Shown: positions 15,559 through 25,664, counted from the stretch's first letter. The stretch is DNA of 61,106 bases from a bacterium (GCA_030698775.1 JAUYMJ010000028.1:1-61106), one strand, 5' to 3'. Notes: a model not told the origin generated them from the sequence alone. Made by a program: numbers and translations.

Positions 15559-16326
15559 ATGGATACGTCACAACCACCTCAACAGGGTTCCACAGAGCCC
15601 ACACAAGCGGCTCCAGCTGATACGGCGCAGGCAGCGGCAGCACTCAGTCCGCAAAAGATGCCGTTTGACAAAAAATGGTGGCAACTACCAAGGACCGTGT
15701 ATATTGTCCTGGCTTTGTTTTTTCTTCTCTCAATTGGCTCAACGGTCTATTTATTTTTTGCCCCGCAGGGAATTTTTACACAGCCTTCGGGACTATCCTC
15801 TTTATCACAATCGCTAAACGCTTCTCTTGGGTCTAAGACACCGACACCCACGCAAGCAGCAGAGGCAGTCGCTGAGGATACATCAGCGTCCCTTACTCCA
15901 ACTACCTCACCAACACCAACGCCTGATCCCACTACGAGCTGGTTTACATACACAAATGCCACATACGGCTATTCGTTTAAATATCCGGCAGACTGGAAAG
16001 TCACAAGTTTAGGTAGTTTGGAACCGCAGATTCCAAGTTATATTACAGTAAACCCCGGGAATACGGCGACCCCGTCATCTGCACTTAGCATCACGATTAG
16101 TGCAAGCACGCGTACATTTGCCCAGGAAGTAGCACTTCGCTCAAGCACAAAGACAGCGCTGACGGTTAACGGTCTACAGGCATCACTCACACAGGAAAAA
16201 AATAGCGCCGGAAGTACGTGGACGGATGTGGTTATCACGGGGACGAAATACACGTATATCCTTATTGGCAAGAGCTCCTATTACTCAATTTTTACCCCGT
16301 TTTATTCAACCTTCAAGCTCCTCTAA
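15559..16326 (+). CDS. membrane-anchored Thr/Pro-rich protein with a C-terminal beta-rich domain
   Basis: TM helix VYIVLALFFLLSIGSTVYLFF, a TP-rich linker, then WFTYTNATYGYSFKYPADWKV. Confidence 0.6.
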   Translation: MDTSQPPQQGSTEPTQAAPADTAQAAAALSPQKMPFDKKWWQLPRTVYIVLALFFLLSIGSTVYLFFAPQGIFTQPSGLSSLSQSLNASLGSKTPTPTQAAEAVAEDTSASLTPTTSPTPTPDPTTSWFTYTNATYGYSFKYPADWKVTSLGSLEPQIPSYITVNPGNTATPSSALSITISASTRTFAQEVALRSSTKTALTVNGLQASLTQEKNSAGSTWTDVVITGTKYTYILIGKSSYYSIFTPFYSTFKLL

Positions 16327-16341
16327 TCCTAGTCCTATAGT

Positions 16342-16370
16342 TTGACTTTACGTCTAAAATTTTTTATAAT
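16342..16370 (+). promoter_or_regulatory. promoter, leaderless layout
   Basis: TTGACT-17-TATAAT, then 7 nt to ATG 16378. The ORF-track TTG start is the -35 box. Confidence 0.6.
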
Positions 16371-16377
16371 TGCTTGT

Positions 16378-17166
16378 ATGGAGAAGAGTAGATATATGCC
16401 GCAACGCACCAGATTTGAGAAGGATCGAATGATCTCTGAGGGCGGCCCTGTTATTTTTGATCCAGAACAAGTTGAATCTCGCGAGCCTCTGCCAGCATAC
16501 GAGACCAGATTCTCAACTACAAAGGCTCTTGAGAGATTTGTAGAGTTTTTTGCAACTATTCCTTTTGATGAGGGAGCACTAGAAGAATCGTTGCAAGAGT
16601 ATCTCGGAAAAAGAGACGTTGATAGGTCCCGCTCTCATCTTCGGAGCATGCTTGGGGAACTTTTTCTTGAAAAGGCAATAGACACAGCACTTCATGAGAT
16701 TCATGGAATACAGCAATTTCCCGGGGTATATGTTGCTAGCAATTTTGAGATTAGGGCTCGGGATTTCGGGTTTAACTTATTTCGATACTATAACAACGAG
16801 GGAGGAGAACAGCGTCGAAAGAATGTTAATCAGTTCGATGGTTTAATTCAGGTAGAAACCGAGCAAGGAAGGCTACTAACTGTTGTTTTGGAAAGTAAAA
16901 TTAGCGGATCAAACCTTGGAAGGACTGCACTGAATTCAGCTATTCGTCCGAGCGGCGCTAAGGAATATACGGAGGACATGATTAAAATATTTGGTACGGT
17001 AGGGTACTGTGTTGCAGCCCCTTCAGACAGGATTTCGGATTCTATTCCTCTTCAGCAAAAATTCAAAGCAAATGGTGGTTTTCTTCTGCCATTCCCATTT
17101 ACCTATCAGCAAGCAGACGAGATTGCACAAAGAGTTGCAGGTTCCGAAAATAGAAGTCCAGCTTAA
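16378..17166 (+). CDS. hypothetical protein, possible PD-(D/E)xK nuclease fold
   Basis: QFDGLIQV ... VVLESKIS fits the D-x(n)-E-x-K pattern. This rests on the motif alone. Confidence 0.55.
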   Translation: MEKSRYMPQRTRFEKDRMISEGGPVIFDPEQVESREPLPAYETRFSTTKALERFVEFFATIPFDEGALEESLQEYLGKRDVDRSRSHLRSMLGELFLEKAIDTALHEIHGIQQFPGVYVASNFEIRARDFGFNLFRYYNNEGGEQRRKNVNQFDGLIQVETEQGRLLTVVLESKISGSNLGRTALNSAIRPSGAKEYTEDMIKIFGTVGYCVAAPSDRISDSIPLQQKFKANGGFLLPFPFTYQQADEIAQRVAGSENRSPA

Positions 17167-17169
17167 GTC

Positions 17170-18663
17170 TTATATTTTCATCCCGAGCCTCTCAATCATT
17201 TCCTGATTTTTCTTCTCATTCTTTATAAGTACCGTTACATTTCCATCAGCAAAAATCGGTACCCATTCTTTACTTTGAATTTGCCGTAGCATGAAAGGCC
17301 TTATGGTGAGGGGGTCTTCAAGTTGTACGCCGAAGACAATGAGGTTGATATGGTATTTTTTCACCTGCTCATTGAAGTAGTCTTGATCAACCAGCATTCG
17401 TTCATACTCTTTGAGAAAACTCGACGGATACATTTCGGGACGGGCGTCAATAAATATTTTCTCCCGAGGATAAAGGCCATAAATAAGGTAGTTGCCGATG
17501 TGATAATTGTTGAAGATCGGTCCGTTGAGATTATTGTGGTTGATGAAATCCGTCGCACCCTCCGTATAGGTTTGATAGCCAAAGTGAAGGACCTTGTTTT
17601 GGTACAGGCCGTTTATATAGACAAACGAGACAGTGAGGGTTATTGCCAGAATAATCGCTTTGATTGTATTTACCAAATACCGGTCGGTATGTCTTCTCAG
17701 GGCCTCTTCAAGAAGCGTGAATTTTTCCGCCAAAGCCTGCAGACCGAAGAGTCCGAAAAGGCTCAGGCTTCTCACAAAGCGAAGGCCTAAGAGTGCAGAT
17801 GTGAGCGCATTGAGGTTTGCCGCCAAAGACGTTTTTTTAAGAAGTAGCGGAAGCGTGATGAGGAAGACCCCAACGAGTATCTCAAATGTGACGACCTGCA
17901 GAGAAAGTGTGTAAATGAAAGACGATGCATATTTCCCAAAATCAAAAACGCTCATATTTTCTTCAACAGATAAGCCATAGTTTGAAGAAAATGTAAATGG
18001 CAAAAGCGCACCGTTTAAAAACTGCGGATTAATAAGTGTCGAAAGCAGTAGTGCCGCTCCAACCATCAATAGAAGTTTGTCAGTTTTTTTTGTTGTTATG
18101 TACTCCTGCACAAGAAACGACCCGTAGATCATAATTCCCAAGATGAAATAAATATGCATGTTGACCCAAAATATTTCGATTACGGGGAGAAGGAGCAATA
18201 GCTTTTCTTTGGATTTTTTGTACAAAAACAGAACCAGAAGAAATAATGAGATAAAAAGATAGCTGAACATCTCAGGTCGCACACGGAAGCGCGAAGAAAA
18301 AATGAGGACGCAGAGAACAGAGACGATCGTGAGCCAATACCATGAGCTTTTTTGTTTCGCAAGAAAATAAACGACTGCAAAAGCAGTTGCAATAATTATC
18401 ATTTTCAAAATCAATAAACTTTGCAGCCCAAAATTTTTATAAAAGAAAAATAAAATTACTTGCGTCAGCCATTCATGGTTTATCACCGGGAAGTTGGGAT
18501 TGGTATAAGAAAAAAGGTTTGTTTGTGGCACGCAGAGACACTCCATGATTGCTTCACCCATTTTGAGGTGACGGCCCAGATCCTCCAGCATCGACTGGTC
18601 GATTTGGAAAAGAAGGATGATGAGGTAGAGGAAAGGGAGGAAGAGGTAAGCAATTTTTCTCAC
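17170..18663 (-). CDS. polytopic membrane protein (GT-C-like glycosyltransferase candidate)
   Basis: 497 aa with many hydrophobic helices followed by a soluble C-terminal domain. Confidence 0.6.
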   Translation of the reverse strand: MRKIAYLFLPFLYLIILLFQIDQSMLEDLGRHLKMGEAIMECLCVPQTNLFSYTNPNFPVINHEWLTQVILFFFYKNFGLQSLLILKMIIIATAFAVVYFLAKQKSSWYWLTIVSVLCVLIFSSRFRVRPEMFSYLFISLFLLVLFLYKKSKEKLLLLLPVIEIFWVNMHIYFILGIMIYGSFLVQEYITTKKTDKLLLMVGAALLLSTLINPQFLNGALLPFTFSSNYGLSVEENMSVFDFGKYASSFIYTLSLQVVTFEILVGVFLITLPLLLKKTSLAANLNALTSALLGLRFVRSLSLFGLFGLQALAEKFTLLEEALRRHTDRYLVNTIKAIILAITLTVSFVYINGLYQNKVLHFGYQTYTEGATDFINHNNLNGPIFNNYHIGNYLIYGLYPREKIFIDARPEMYPSSFLKEYERMLVDQDYFNEQVKKYHINLIVFGVQLEDPLTIRPFMLRQIQSKEWVPIFADGNVTVLIKNEKKNQEMIERLGMKI

Positions 18664-18747
18664 GTTTCTACTGTAGCATAAAGACCTCCACTGTGAAGAC
18701 TTCCCAAAAATTAATTAAACCTATAGTCAATATGATATACTATCTGC

Positions 18748-19713
18748 ATGACTTCAGAATCAATAGAAACAATAGAACAATTTTCCGATCTGACTGCTGT
18801 CGAGTACTTTGGTCTGGTTGAAGCGGTAAACGAAAACTATCTTTTTGATCTGCGACAAGAAATTTGTGATTTTCAGCCTACTGTGGATTTTTGCATCGTG
18901 ACAACAGGGAGCGATGGTAAAAAAGAGCGTCATATCCAGTCAAAAACTGAGTTTATTATCCTTCAGAATGCTGAGTATTCAGGAGACCTCGGGCAAGAGT
19001 TTACTGCCTGGTATGAAGCACGTTCAGGTAGTTCAGTTGCTGAAGGTTTTGATGTGCATAGTGTAACAGGCACGCCGGAAGTGAAAAGGTTAGGTCAAGA
19101 CACTCTTTCATACGCAGAGGGGAATGCAGATCTTGTGTACCCAGACAGAATACTCAACAGCACTTTCGTAATGGGTAACCCGGAACTTCAGAATCAGGCG
19201 AGAGCAAGCGTTCTTGCTGAGATGACAGATGTATCAGACGATGGCCGTCGAACCAGAGATAGGATCAGAGCACAGATGCGTCAATATCTTCGCTGTCTGG
19301 AGATAGGCTATTATTATAAATCTGTTGTCTTTCAGGTAGACCAACCGGCCCAATACTATGATGAGCGAAAAGAGACATATACACTAGGATTTAAGGTTCC
19401 CGGAATCCGGACGGTTCAACGCGCTCTCGATGTGATAACTATTAAATCACTACAACATCAGCTTATTTCTCCGGAGGAAGCTCTTATGCTTCCGGCAAAT
19501 ACTGTCGGTAGACTGAATGGCCTTGCTGATGCAGGGATATTGCGTGATATCTCAGGTGTGACAAAAGGGTATGAATGGTTCTTGCAGCAATACCACCTGG
19601 CGCAAGAAACATTTAAAGCGTCACAAGTAGGAGTTTCGGTTCCGTTTGGATTACCTACTTTTCTTCAGCATAAGGTTGCTGTCTTGCAGTTTGTTGAGTC
19701 TGCAAAGGGCTGA
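18748..19713 (+). CDS. GlnD/DUF294-like nucleotidyltransferase-fold protein with a degenerate catalytic motif
   Basis: TTGSDGKKERHIQSKTEFIIL compares with the GS-x-GR-x-E...SD-x-D pattern. YPDRILNSTFVMGNPEL resembles the GlnD LLD.R...G segment. An extended -10 TGaTATACT lies 6 nt before the ATG. Confidence 0.55.
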   Translation: MTSESIETIEQFSDLTAVEYFGLVEAVNENYLFDLRQEICDFQPTVDFCIVTTGSDGKKERHIQSKTEFIILQNAEYSGDLGQEFTAWYEARSGSSVAEGFDVHSVTGTPEVKRLGQDTLSYAEGNADLVYPDRILNSTFVMGNPELQNQARASVLAEMTDVSDDGRRTRDRIRAQMRQYLRCLEIGYYYKSVVFQVDQPAQYYDERKETYTLGFKVPGIRTVQRALDVITIKSLQHQLISPEEALMLPANTVGRLNGLADAGILRDISGVTKGYEWFLQQYHLAQETFKASQVGVSVPFGLPTFLQHKVAVLQFVESAKG

Positions 19714-19800
19714 GGAACCTCCATTATTTTCTTGGAGAAAGTCCCCCTTTATGTGATCTCCTGATTACACGAAGTGTTGATGAAGTGTTAAAATAATTCC

Positions 19801-20706
19801 ATGAAGCTTTTTACGGGGTCTTCGTCCAGGCAGCTAGGGGAGGAAGTTGCTAGAATTGCGGGAATACAATTATCCCACGTCGAACACCACATGTTTCCGG
19901 ACGGGGAGCAGCGTATTCAGTTAAGAGAAGATGTCGTTGATCACGACGTCGTGATTGTTCAGTCGACCGGGATGCCGACTGACAAAAACTACATTGAGTT
20001 ATTTTTGCTTCTTGATGCTGCGACCAGAAATGGCGCCAAGTCAGTAACTGCAGTCATTCCATATCTTGGGTATTCCCGCCAGGACCATATTTTCAGGACA
20101 GGTGAAGCGAGATCGCTTGAAGTGATGATCCACGGGATTGAGATGAACGGAGCGACAAGTGTGATCGGTTTTGATTTTCATTCCATAAAAACTGCAGAGC
20201 TTTTTCCGATGCACGTGACGCAGCTCTCAGCGCTTCCGATTTTTGCATCGGAGATTAAAATGCACGGGTGGCTTGATAACGGGACGGTGCTTGTGTCACC
20301 GGATATGGGAGGGCTCCGTCGTCTAGGACTGCTTTCTGAAATGCTAGGGGGGATGGGGCAGGTCTCAGTTGAGAAAGACCGCGACTTGACGACTGGTGAG
20401 ATTGCGGAGAGCGGGATCCATGGGAAAGTAAAACGCAGGTGTCTTATCGTTGATGACATGATTTCAAGCGGAAGGACGATTGTGCAAGCGGCTACCATTC
20501 TTTTGCAGCATGGTGCTGAGGAGATTTACGTCTTTGCGACGCACGCCGTTTTCTCAGAAGACGCTCCAAAAACCTTACAAGCATCCGCAGTCAGGAAAGT
20601 TTTTGTCACGGATACAATTGCAGTACCGGAGAGTAAGCAGTTTGAAAAATTGGAAGTTTTGTCAATTGCTGATCTTCTAGTCAACGCACTTTCTTCGTCA
20701 CGCTGA
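19801..20706 (+). CDS. ribose-phosphate pyrophosphokinase paralog (divergent)
   Basis: Motifs are FPDGEQRIQL, VIPYLGYSRQD and CLIVDDMISSGRT. An extended -10 TGtTAAAAT lies 6 nt before the ATG. Confidence 0.85.
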   Translation: MKLFTGSSSRQLGEEVARIAGIQLSHVEHHMFPDGEQRIQLREDVVDHDVVIVQSTGMPTDKNYIELFLLLDAATRNGAKSVTAVIPYLGYSRQDHIFRTGEARSLEVMIHGIEMNGATSVIGFDFHSIKTAELFPMHVTQLSALPIFASEIKMHGWLDNGTVLVSPDMGGLRRLGLLSEMLGGMGQVSVEKDRDLTTGEIAESGIHGKVKRRCLIVDDMISSGRTIVQAATILLQHGAEEIYVFATHAVFSEDAPKTLQASAVRKVFVTDTIAVPESKQFEKLEVLSIADLLVNALSSSR

Positions 20707-21687
20707 TTTTTTTGGTGAAATGGTGAGTGCTTCCACAGAAAATGCTGCACCTTGGGTAGGGAATAGCACTGCCTGAGAAGGTGGTTTTTGATACCATACC
20801 CAGTTTCCAAGTGGTTGGGTATCGAACAGAAGCAGCATCTCTTGATTAAATTGTTCTGGTTCCGCCACCATTACCAAATGGTCACTCGTTCTGGAGACGG
20901 ATTGCGTTTGCGGATCCCTCGCCAATAAAATCTGTGAGACCGTGTCAGAATAGTAGATTTTTCCATCAGGTTTGCAGCTCTGAAGTAAAAAGCGGAGATA
21001 CGCGGACTGTGCTCTTGTTGTGAGGTGGGTGAGTGCAAGGAGATAGGGAAATGTAAGGTCAGTTGCTGGGAGGCCTGAGATTCCGTATCTCTCCTTCGCA
21101 TTTTTCTCAGTATAGTCATGTAGCTGGCTTACAAGCTGTGTGGTTATGAGTGAGGATGTGATGAAATCATACTGCCCTGGAGTTTGGTACGGTTGAGGGG
21201 AAGCCGCTCTAGAGATGCTCTCGGCTTCTTCCAGGAAGTCGGGAAGTCTATCAGCGTGGGTCGCTGCAGCCATGATTGCTGCCGTATAGTCTCCAGTAAT
21301 TCCTGTCAGGTCATCGATTACTAAATGGCATTTTTCCTGAAGGTTTTCCGGTAGGGATGCAAGGCGTTTTCTGGTTGCATGTTCGTCAAGGTCAAGTATA
21401 GTAACCTCATCGAATTGTGTTGTTATTTGTTCCAGAGGGATATCAATTCCGACACCTAACCCTACGATAAGTGCCCGTCCCTGAAGTCCTTCCGCTGCTT
21501 GCATAATCCTCGTACGGCTTTCGTCAATATGGTTTTGATAGTACCCCAGGTAGAGAGCGGTCCGTTCTGCAATAGATGCATTCATCCGTTGGTAGAATAT
21601 CGCAGCATCAGCAGAGATACGTTTTCCGCTTGGGAATTCTGAGAATTGATACGGAAATTGTCCGCTTGTCCTTTCACCATGCACCAT
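20698..21687 (-). CDS. hypothetical protein, class I SAM-methyltransferase-like Rossmann fold
   Basis: The order ALIVGLGVG, VTILDLD, HLVIDDLTG, YDFITSSL resembles MTase motifs I-IV. Confidence 0.5.
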   Translation of the reverse strand: MVHGERTSGQFPYQFSEFPSGKRISADAAIFYQRMNASIAERTALYLGYYQNHIDESRTRIMQAAEGLQGRALIVGLGVGIDIPLEQITTQFDEVTILDLDEHATRKRLASLPENLQEKCHLVIDDLTGITGDYTAAIMAAATHADRLPDFLEEAESISRAASPQPYQTPGQYDFITSSLITTQLVSQLHDYTEKNAKERYGISGLPATDLTFPYLLALTHLTTRAQSAYLRFLLQSCKPDGKIYYSDTVSQILLARDPQTQSVSRTSDHLVMVAEPEQFNQEMLLLFDTQPLGNWVWYQKPPSQAVLFPTQGAAFSVEALTISPKKSA

Positions 21688-21784
21688 TACTTCATTATAT
21701 CCTATAATATGGAGTATGTCAAAACAGCAGCTTCCTTTTTTTGGTAAAGTGTGTTAGGTTTGAATCTGTCTTTTAAGCCATAAA

Positions 21785-22393
21785 ATGCGTATCCCTGCAA
21801 CAATCCAATCACTTATTGAATCCTTTGAAAAACTTCCCGGCATAGGCCCCAAGACCGCGCAGCGGCTGACGTTTTATCTCTTACATGTTCCACAACACGA
21901 CCTTGATAGTTTTTCAACTGCAGTAAAGAACCTAAAGACCAATACAAATCTCTGCTCAATCTGCTACAACGTCGATGAGACGGATCCGTGCAGTATTTGT
22001 GCTGACCCGCAACGCGATCAGTCAGTTGTCTGTGTTGTCGAGCAGCCGCTTGATGTGCTTGCGCTTGAGAAAAACGGCAAGTACAAAGGAGTCTATCACG
22101 TGCTGCATGGAAAAATTGATCCCTTAAATAATATAGGGCCGGATGAAATATACATTCATCAACTATTGCAGAGGGCAAAGAACGGAGAGCAGATCGTAGA
22201 GGAGATTATTCTGTCGACGAATCCGACGATGGAGGGAGAAGCAACTGCAATGTATATCGCGAAACAGTTAAAAGTAAAAAATGAAAATGTAAAAATTACG
22301 AGGATTGGACGGGGGCTTCCGATCGGTGCGGACCTTGAGTATGCGGACCCTACCACTCTCGAACGAGCGATGGAAGGCCGCAGCGAGTACTAA
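21785..22393 (+). CDS. recR: recombination protein RecR
   Basis: LPGIGPKTAQRL helix-hairpin-helix, a C4 zinc finger (CSICYN..CSIC) and a Toprim domain. Confidence 0.92.
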   Translation: MRIPATIQSLIESFEKLPGIGPKTAQRLTFYLLHVPQHDLDSFSTAVKNLKTNTNLCSICYNVDETDPCSICADPQRDQSVVCVVEQPLDVLALEKNGKYKGVYHVLHGKIDPLNNIGPDEIYIHQLLQRAKNGEQIVEEIILSTNPTMEGEATAMYIAKQLKVKNENVKITRIGRGLPIGADLEYADPTTLERAMEGRSEY

Positions 22394-23151
22394 ATCTCAC
22401 ACTCGAGGAGTAAGCCTAAATGGTCTGAGAGATCGAGGTCCTCGAGGAGTTGAAAATTGTTTACCTTCCATTCCTTACTGACATAAATATAGTCAACCGG
22501 GACGCCGCCTTTTTCTATGAGCCTCTCTTTGTCCCTGTGATTCCGAAGGTTCATGGTGTTTTTGAGATGGTATTCGCGCGTTAAGTTCCGCCCGAACTCA
22601 TCAATCATCGAAACGACTTTTGTGTCAGGCGAGACGTTAAAATCACCGGAGAGGATAAAGGGACGATTCAGCGTTTTTAAATATTCATAAAAGATCCTCG
22701 CCTGACGAAGCTTCTCGGGAGTATCCTCAGCAATTGGTGACCACGCGAGATGTGCACTCAGGACATCAAATTTCTTGCCTTCTTTTTCGAGTGTGACGCT
22801 CAGTACCGATTTTGGGAATTCTTCAGAATCAAATCCTTTCAGTGTTGCCAGTTCGGCGTAAGGCTTAAGCCATACCTCTGTCTTTTGCAACATTGTGAAT
22901 TCCGGCCTGAAGAAAACGGCTTCACCGAAAAACGAGTGGGGATTGCCTTTGTAGCGCCATGTCACCGACAACTCACCGTCGTAGCCGAGATTGCAGATTT
23001 GCTGGAACGTGTTGGATTTTTGGAAACTGATCGCATCGCCTGAGACTTCCTGAAAACTGAGGATGTCGAACTGTTCTTTTTGGAGATAGGCGAGGAGATT
23101 GTCCATGCACTTGCCCATGTACATATTGAGCTGGAGGAATTTTATCTGCAT
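22390..23151 (-). CDS. endonuclease/exonuclease/phosphatase (EEP) family protein
   Basis: Motifs are FLQLNMY, DILSFQEV, GDFN and SDH. Confidence 0.75.
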   Translation of the reverse strand: MQIKFLQLNMYMGKCMDNLLAYLQKEQFDILSFQEVSGDAISFQKSNTFQQICNLGYDGELSVTWRYKGNPHSFFGEAVFFRPEFTMLQKTEVWLKPYAELATLKGFDSEEFPKSVLSVTLEKEGKKFDVLSAHLAWSPIAEDTPEKLRQARIFYEYLKTLNRPFILSGDFNVSPDTKVVSMIDEFGRNLTREYHLKNTMNLRNHRDKERLIEKGGVPVDYIYVSKEWKVNNFQLLEDLDLSDHLGLLLECEI

Positions 23152-23217
23152 ACATCCATCTTACATGAAAATCCTACATTCGAATATTAAAAAAGACATA
23201 TCTTAATAAATCCTTTC

Positions 23218-23246
23218 TTGACAATCTATCCAGTGATATATATTAT
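23218..23246 (+). promoter_or_regulatory. promoter upstream of the second yerC-like gene
   Basis: TTGACA-17-TATTAT. The ORF-track TTG start 23218 is the -35 box. Confidence 0.6.
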
Positions 23247-23394
23247 AAGAAGCCGATTTCATTCTCCGCCTCAGCGAGACGAATGGTTATCAATGAGTGC
23301 AGAGAAAAGACTCGTTTCGGCGGAGTTTCAGCTGGAAATACGCGAGATAGGGGTAAGTAAATTCAGTCAAAGACTTCGTCTTTGCAGCTTCAAA

Positions 23395-23808
23395 ATGTCA
23401 CAATTATCAAAACTTCCGATACGACGGGACCTTGAAGAACAGATGTTTGACCTGTTCACCTCAACGATTGTTTCGCTTAAAGATAAAATAGAGATAGAGG
23501 ATTTTTTAAGCGACCTTCTTTCACCGATTGAGAAACTGATGCTTGCCAAACGTCTGGCGATTGCTTTGATGCTTGAGAAAGAATACACCTATCCTATGAT
23601 CGGGAAGTCGCTTCGCGTGACGCCGACAACAATTGCATCAGTGAGTATGCAGCTGCGCTACGCCGGCAAGGGTTACAAAAAAATTGTTGAAAAGATTTTG
23701 TCGGAGGGGGAATACGAGGCTTTTTGGAGCGTTGTAGAAGATGTCGTCGAGAGTACTGTTGTGACGAAAAACAAAAAATCTTCTTCAAAACAAAAACGAC
23801 ACAAATAA
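23395..23808 (+). CDS. TrpR-like YerC/YecD family DNA-binding protein (second copy)
   Basis: From ATG 23395 it aligns end-to-end with 546..1055 (LLSPIEKLMLAKRLAIALMLEKEYTYPMIGKSLRVTPTTIASVS). Confidence 0.7.
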   Translation: MSQLSKLPIRRDLEEQMFDLFTSTIVSLKDKIEIEDFLSDLLSPIEKLMLAKRLAIALMLEKEYTYPMIGKSLRVTPTTIASVSMQLRYAGKGYKKIVEKILSEGEYEAFWSVVEDVVESTVVTKNKKSSSKQKRHK

Positions 23809-23872
23809 TCTCCTTTTTTCTTCGTACAATTTTGCAACGGAACACTGCCACAATCAGGTATACTAAGATTCT

Positions 23873-24181
23873 ATGATTACAAAAGAGCAGGTTACCGAGA
23901 AGTTAAAAACGATTATTGATCCTGAGCTTAATGTAAATATTGTCGACCTTGGATTGGTTTACGATATTGCTATTAATCAGGAGAAGGGGAAGATAGAGGT
24001 GACGATGACGCTGACGACTCCCGGGTGTCCTTTGTCATTTGTCTTTGAAGAGTGGATTCCTGAAGCGGTGAAGAAGATTGAAGGGGTGAAGGATGTCAGA
24101 ATGAATCTCGTCTGGGAGCCTCCGTGGGATCCTGACAAAATGAGCGATGATGCGAAAGAATTGATGGGAATAATTCGCTAG
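23873..24181 (+). CDS. DUF59 (MIP18/SufT-like) Fe-S cluster assembly protein
   Basis: IIDPELNVNIVDLGLVYDI ... TLTTPGCPL. Confidence 0.85.
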   Translation: MITKEQVTEKLKTIIDPELNVNIVDLGLVYDIAINQEKGKIEVTMTLTTPGCPLSFVFEEWIPEAVKKIEGVKDVRMNLVWEPPWDPDKMSDDAKELMGIIR

Positions 24182-24187
24182 TTGTTT

Positions 24188-25042
24188 ATGCCGTGGCAAC
24201 TCCTTTTGGGTATTAGTATTATTGGTGAGGTAATCGGTCGGCTCTTGCAGCGGACGATCATGAAGGAGGATAAGTCCGATCCGATCGCATATGCTGTAAT
24301 CTATCAAATCATTGGCGGAATTATCATCGGTATCTTCGCACTCGTCAAAGGTTTTCAACTTCCACAAGACATCACGCCCATTCTTCCAAATCTCTTGATT
24401 ATGCCAGTGCTCTACGCGATCACCAACATCTGCATGTTCACAGCGCTCAAAAAAACCGAGGCATCCATCTTTACCATCCTTTTCGCCTCATATTCAATAT
24501 GGCTTATTGTCGGATCCATCTTTGTCTTTCGTGAACCCTTTTCTTTTTTACAGATAATCGGAACCGTACTGATTCTCTTGAGTGTTATTCTTGTTTCGTG
24601 GAAACACAAAAATATCAAGATTGGTCGGGCAGAGCTGATAACGCTTAGCGGTGCAATTGTATTTGCAGCAGCGATTTTGAATGACACTATCATTTTGCAA
24701 AAAGGGTTTGATCCAGCATCATATTTATCAATTTCATTTCTTGCACCAGGTCTTTTCCTGTGGCTCTTGTACCCGAAACGTACAAAAGAGATTGTGGCGA
24801 TAGGCAAAAGTGCTGCAGTGAAGAAGGTTATTCTTATGGCATTTATTTACGGTATCGTGACGCTGACATACTACTATGCATTTCTATTTGGAAAGAATGC
24901 GGCGCAAATTGCGAGTATTAATCAAATAAATACTGTACTGACTGTCATCGCAGCCGTCATTATTTTGAAAGAGCGCTCCCACCTGTTACTTAAACTTTCA
25001 GCCGTTGCTATGAGTTTTGTTGGGGTGTTACTTGTATCCTAA
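24188..25042 (+). CDS. EamA/DMT-family transporter
   Basis: About ten hydrophobic helices in two EamA-like halves. Confidence 0.7.
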   Translation: MPWQLLLGISIIGEVIGRLLQRTIMKEDKSDPIAYAVIYQIIGGIIIGIFALVKGFQLPQDITPILPNLLIMPVLYAITNICMFTALKKTEASIFTILFASYSIWLIVGSIFVFREPFSFLQIIGTVLILLSVILVSWKHKNIKIGRAELITLSGAIVFAAAILNDTIILQKGFDPASYLSISFLAPGLFLWLLYPKRTKEIVAIGKSAAVKKVILMAFIYGIVTLTYYYAFLFGKNAAQIASINQINTVLTVIAAVIILKERSHLLLKLSAVAMSFVGVLLVS

Positions 25043-25091
25043 AGTGTTTAAGCTTTTCATTCTTCTTTTTTCTTGCTAGTATGCTATTGCT

Positions 25092-25664
25092 ATGGTAAAT
25101 ATCAAAAAATCACTTGATGAGGGTCTAGAAAATATTGAGAAAGGAATCGTCGGGCAGATAAAAACCAATGTGAAGGCTGTTGCCGGGCAGATGGGATCGG
25201 GGAGCACGAAACAAGCTGCAAATGATCAGGGAACAAATGAAGCCGGTCAGCATGCAACCCAACAAGGGATGCCGCAAAGTGACCAGCAGACCGATGAGGT
25301 TGTGAACGCGTTTTACGCGCCGTCAAATCCCAACGAACAACACGGTTTATCCCCGGTAGGAGAGGGTAGTAAAGAAATCAAGGAACCTAGTGCGTTTTTC
25401 AAGAAACAGATCGAAGAAGGAAAAACCCCTGAAGAAGCAGCCAAATTAGAAGCGATCCGAAACCAGCTCCATAAGACCGATTACTTCGACCCGCTTATCA
25501 ATCGAAAACCTGCAGAGGAGGAGCACAAAGAAGAAGAGCAGGAGGAGAAAGAGGAGAAGAAAATGGAAGAGCTGCAGGTGGAAGAGAAGAAGAAAAAAGA
25601 CGATGATATTGCCATCAAACAGGCACAGCAGAAAACTGAAAAATTCCCCGGAGCTTCAGGGTGA
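25092..25664 (+). CDS. hypothetical Glu/Lys-rich protein
   Basis: 190-aa ORF with a low-complexity acidic/basic C-terminal half. Confidence 0.5.
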   Translation: MVNIKKSLDEGLENIEKGIVGQIKTNVKAVAGQMGSGSTKQAANDQGTNEAGQHATQQGMPQSDQQTDEVVNAFYAPSNPNEQHGLSPVGEGSKEIKEPSAFFKKQIEEGKTPEEAAKLEAIRNQLHKTDYFDPLINRKPAEEEHKEEEQEEKEEKKMEELQVEEKKKKDDDIAIKQAQQKTEKFPGASG

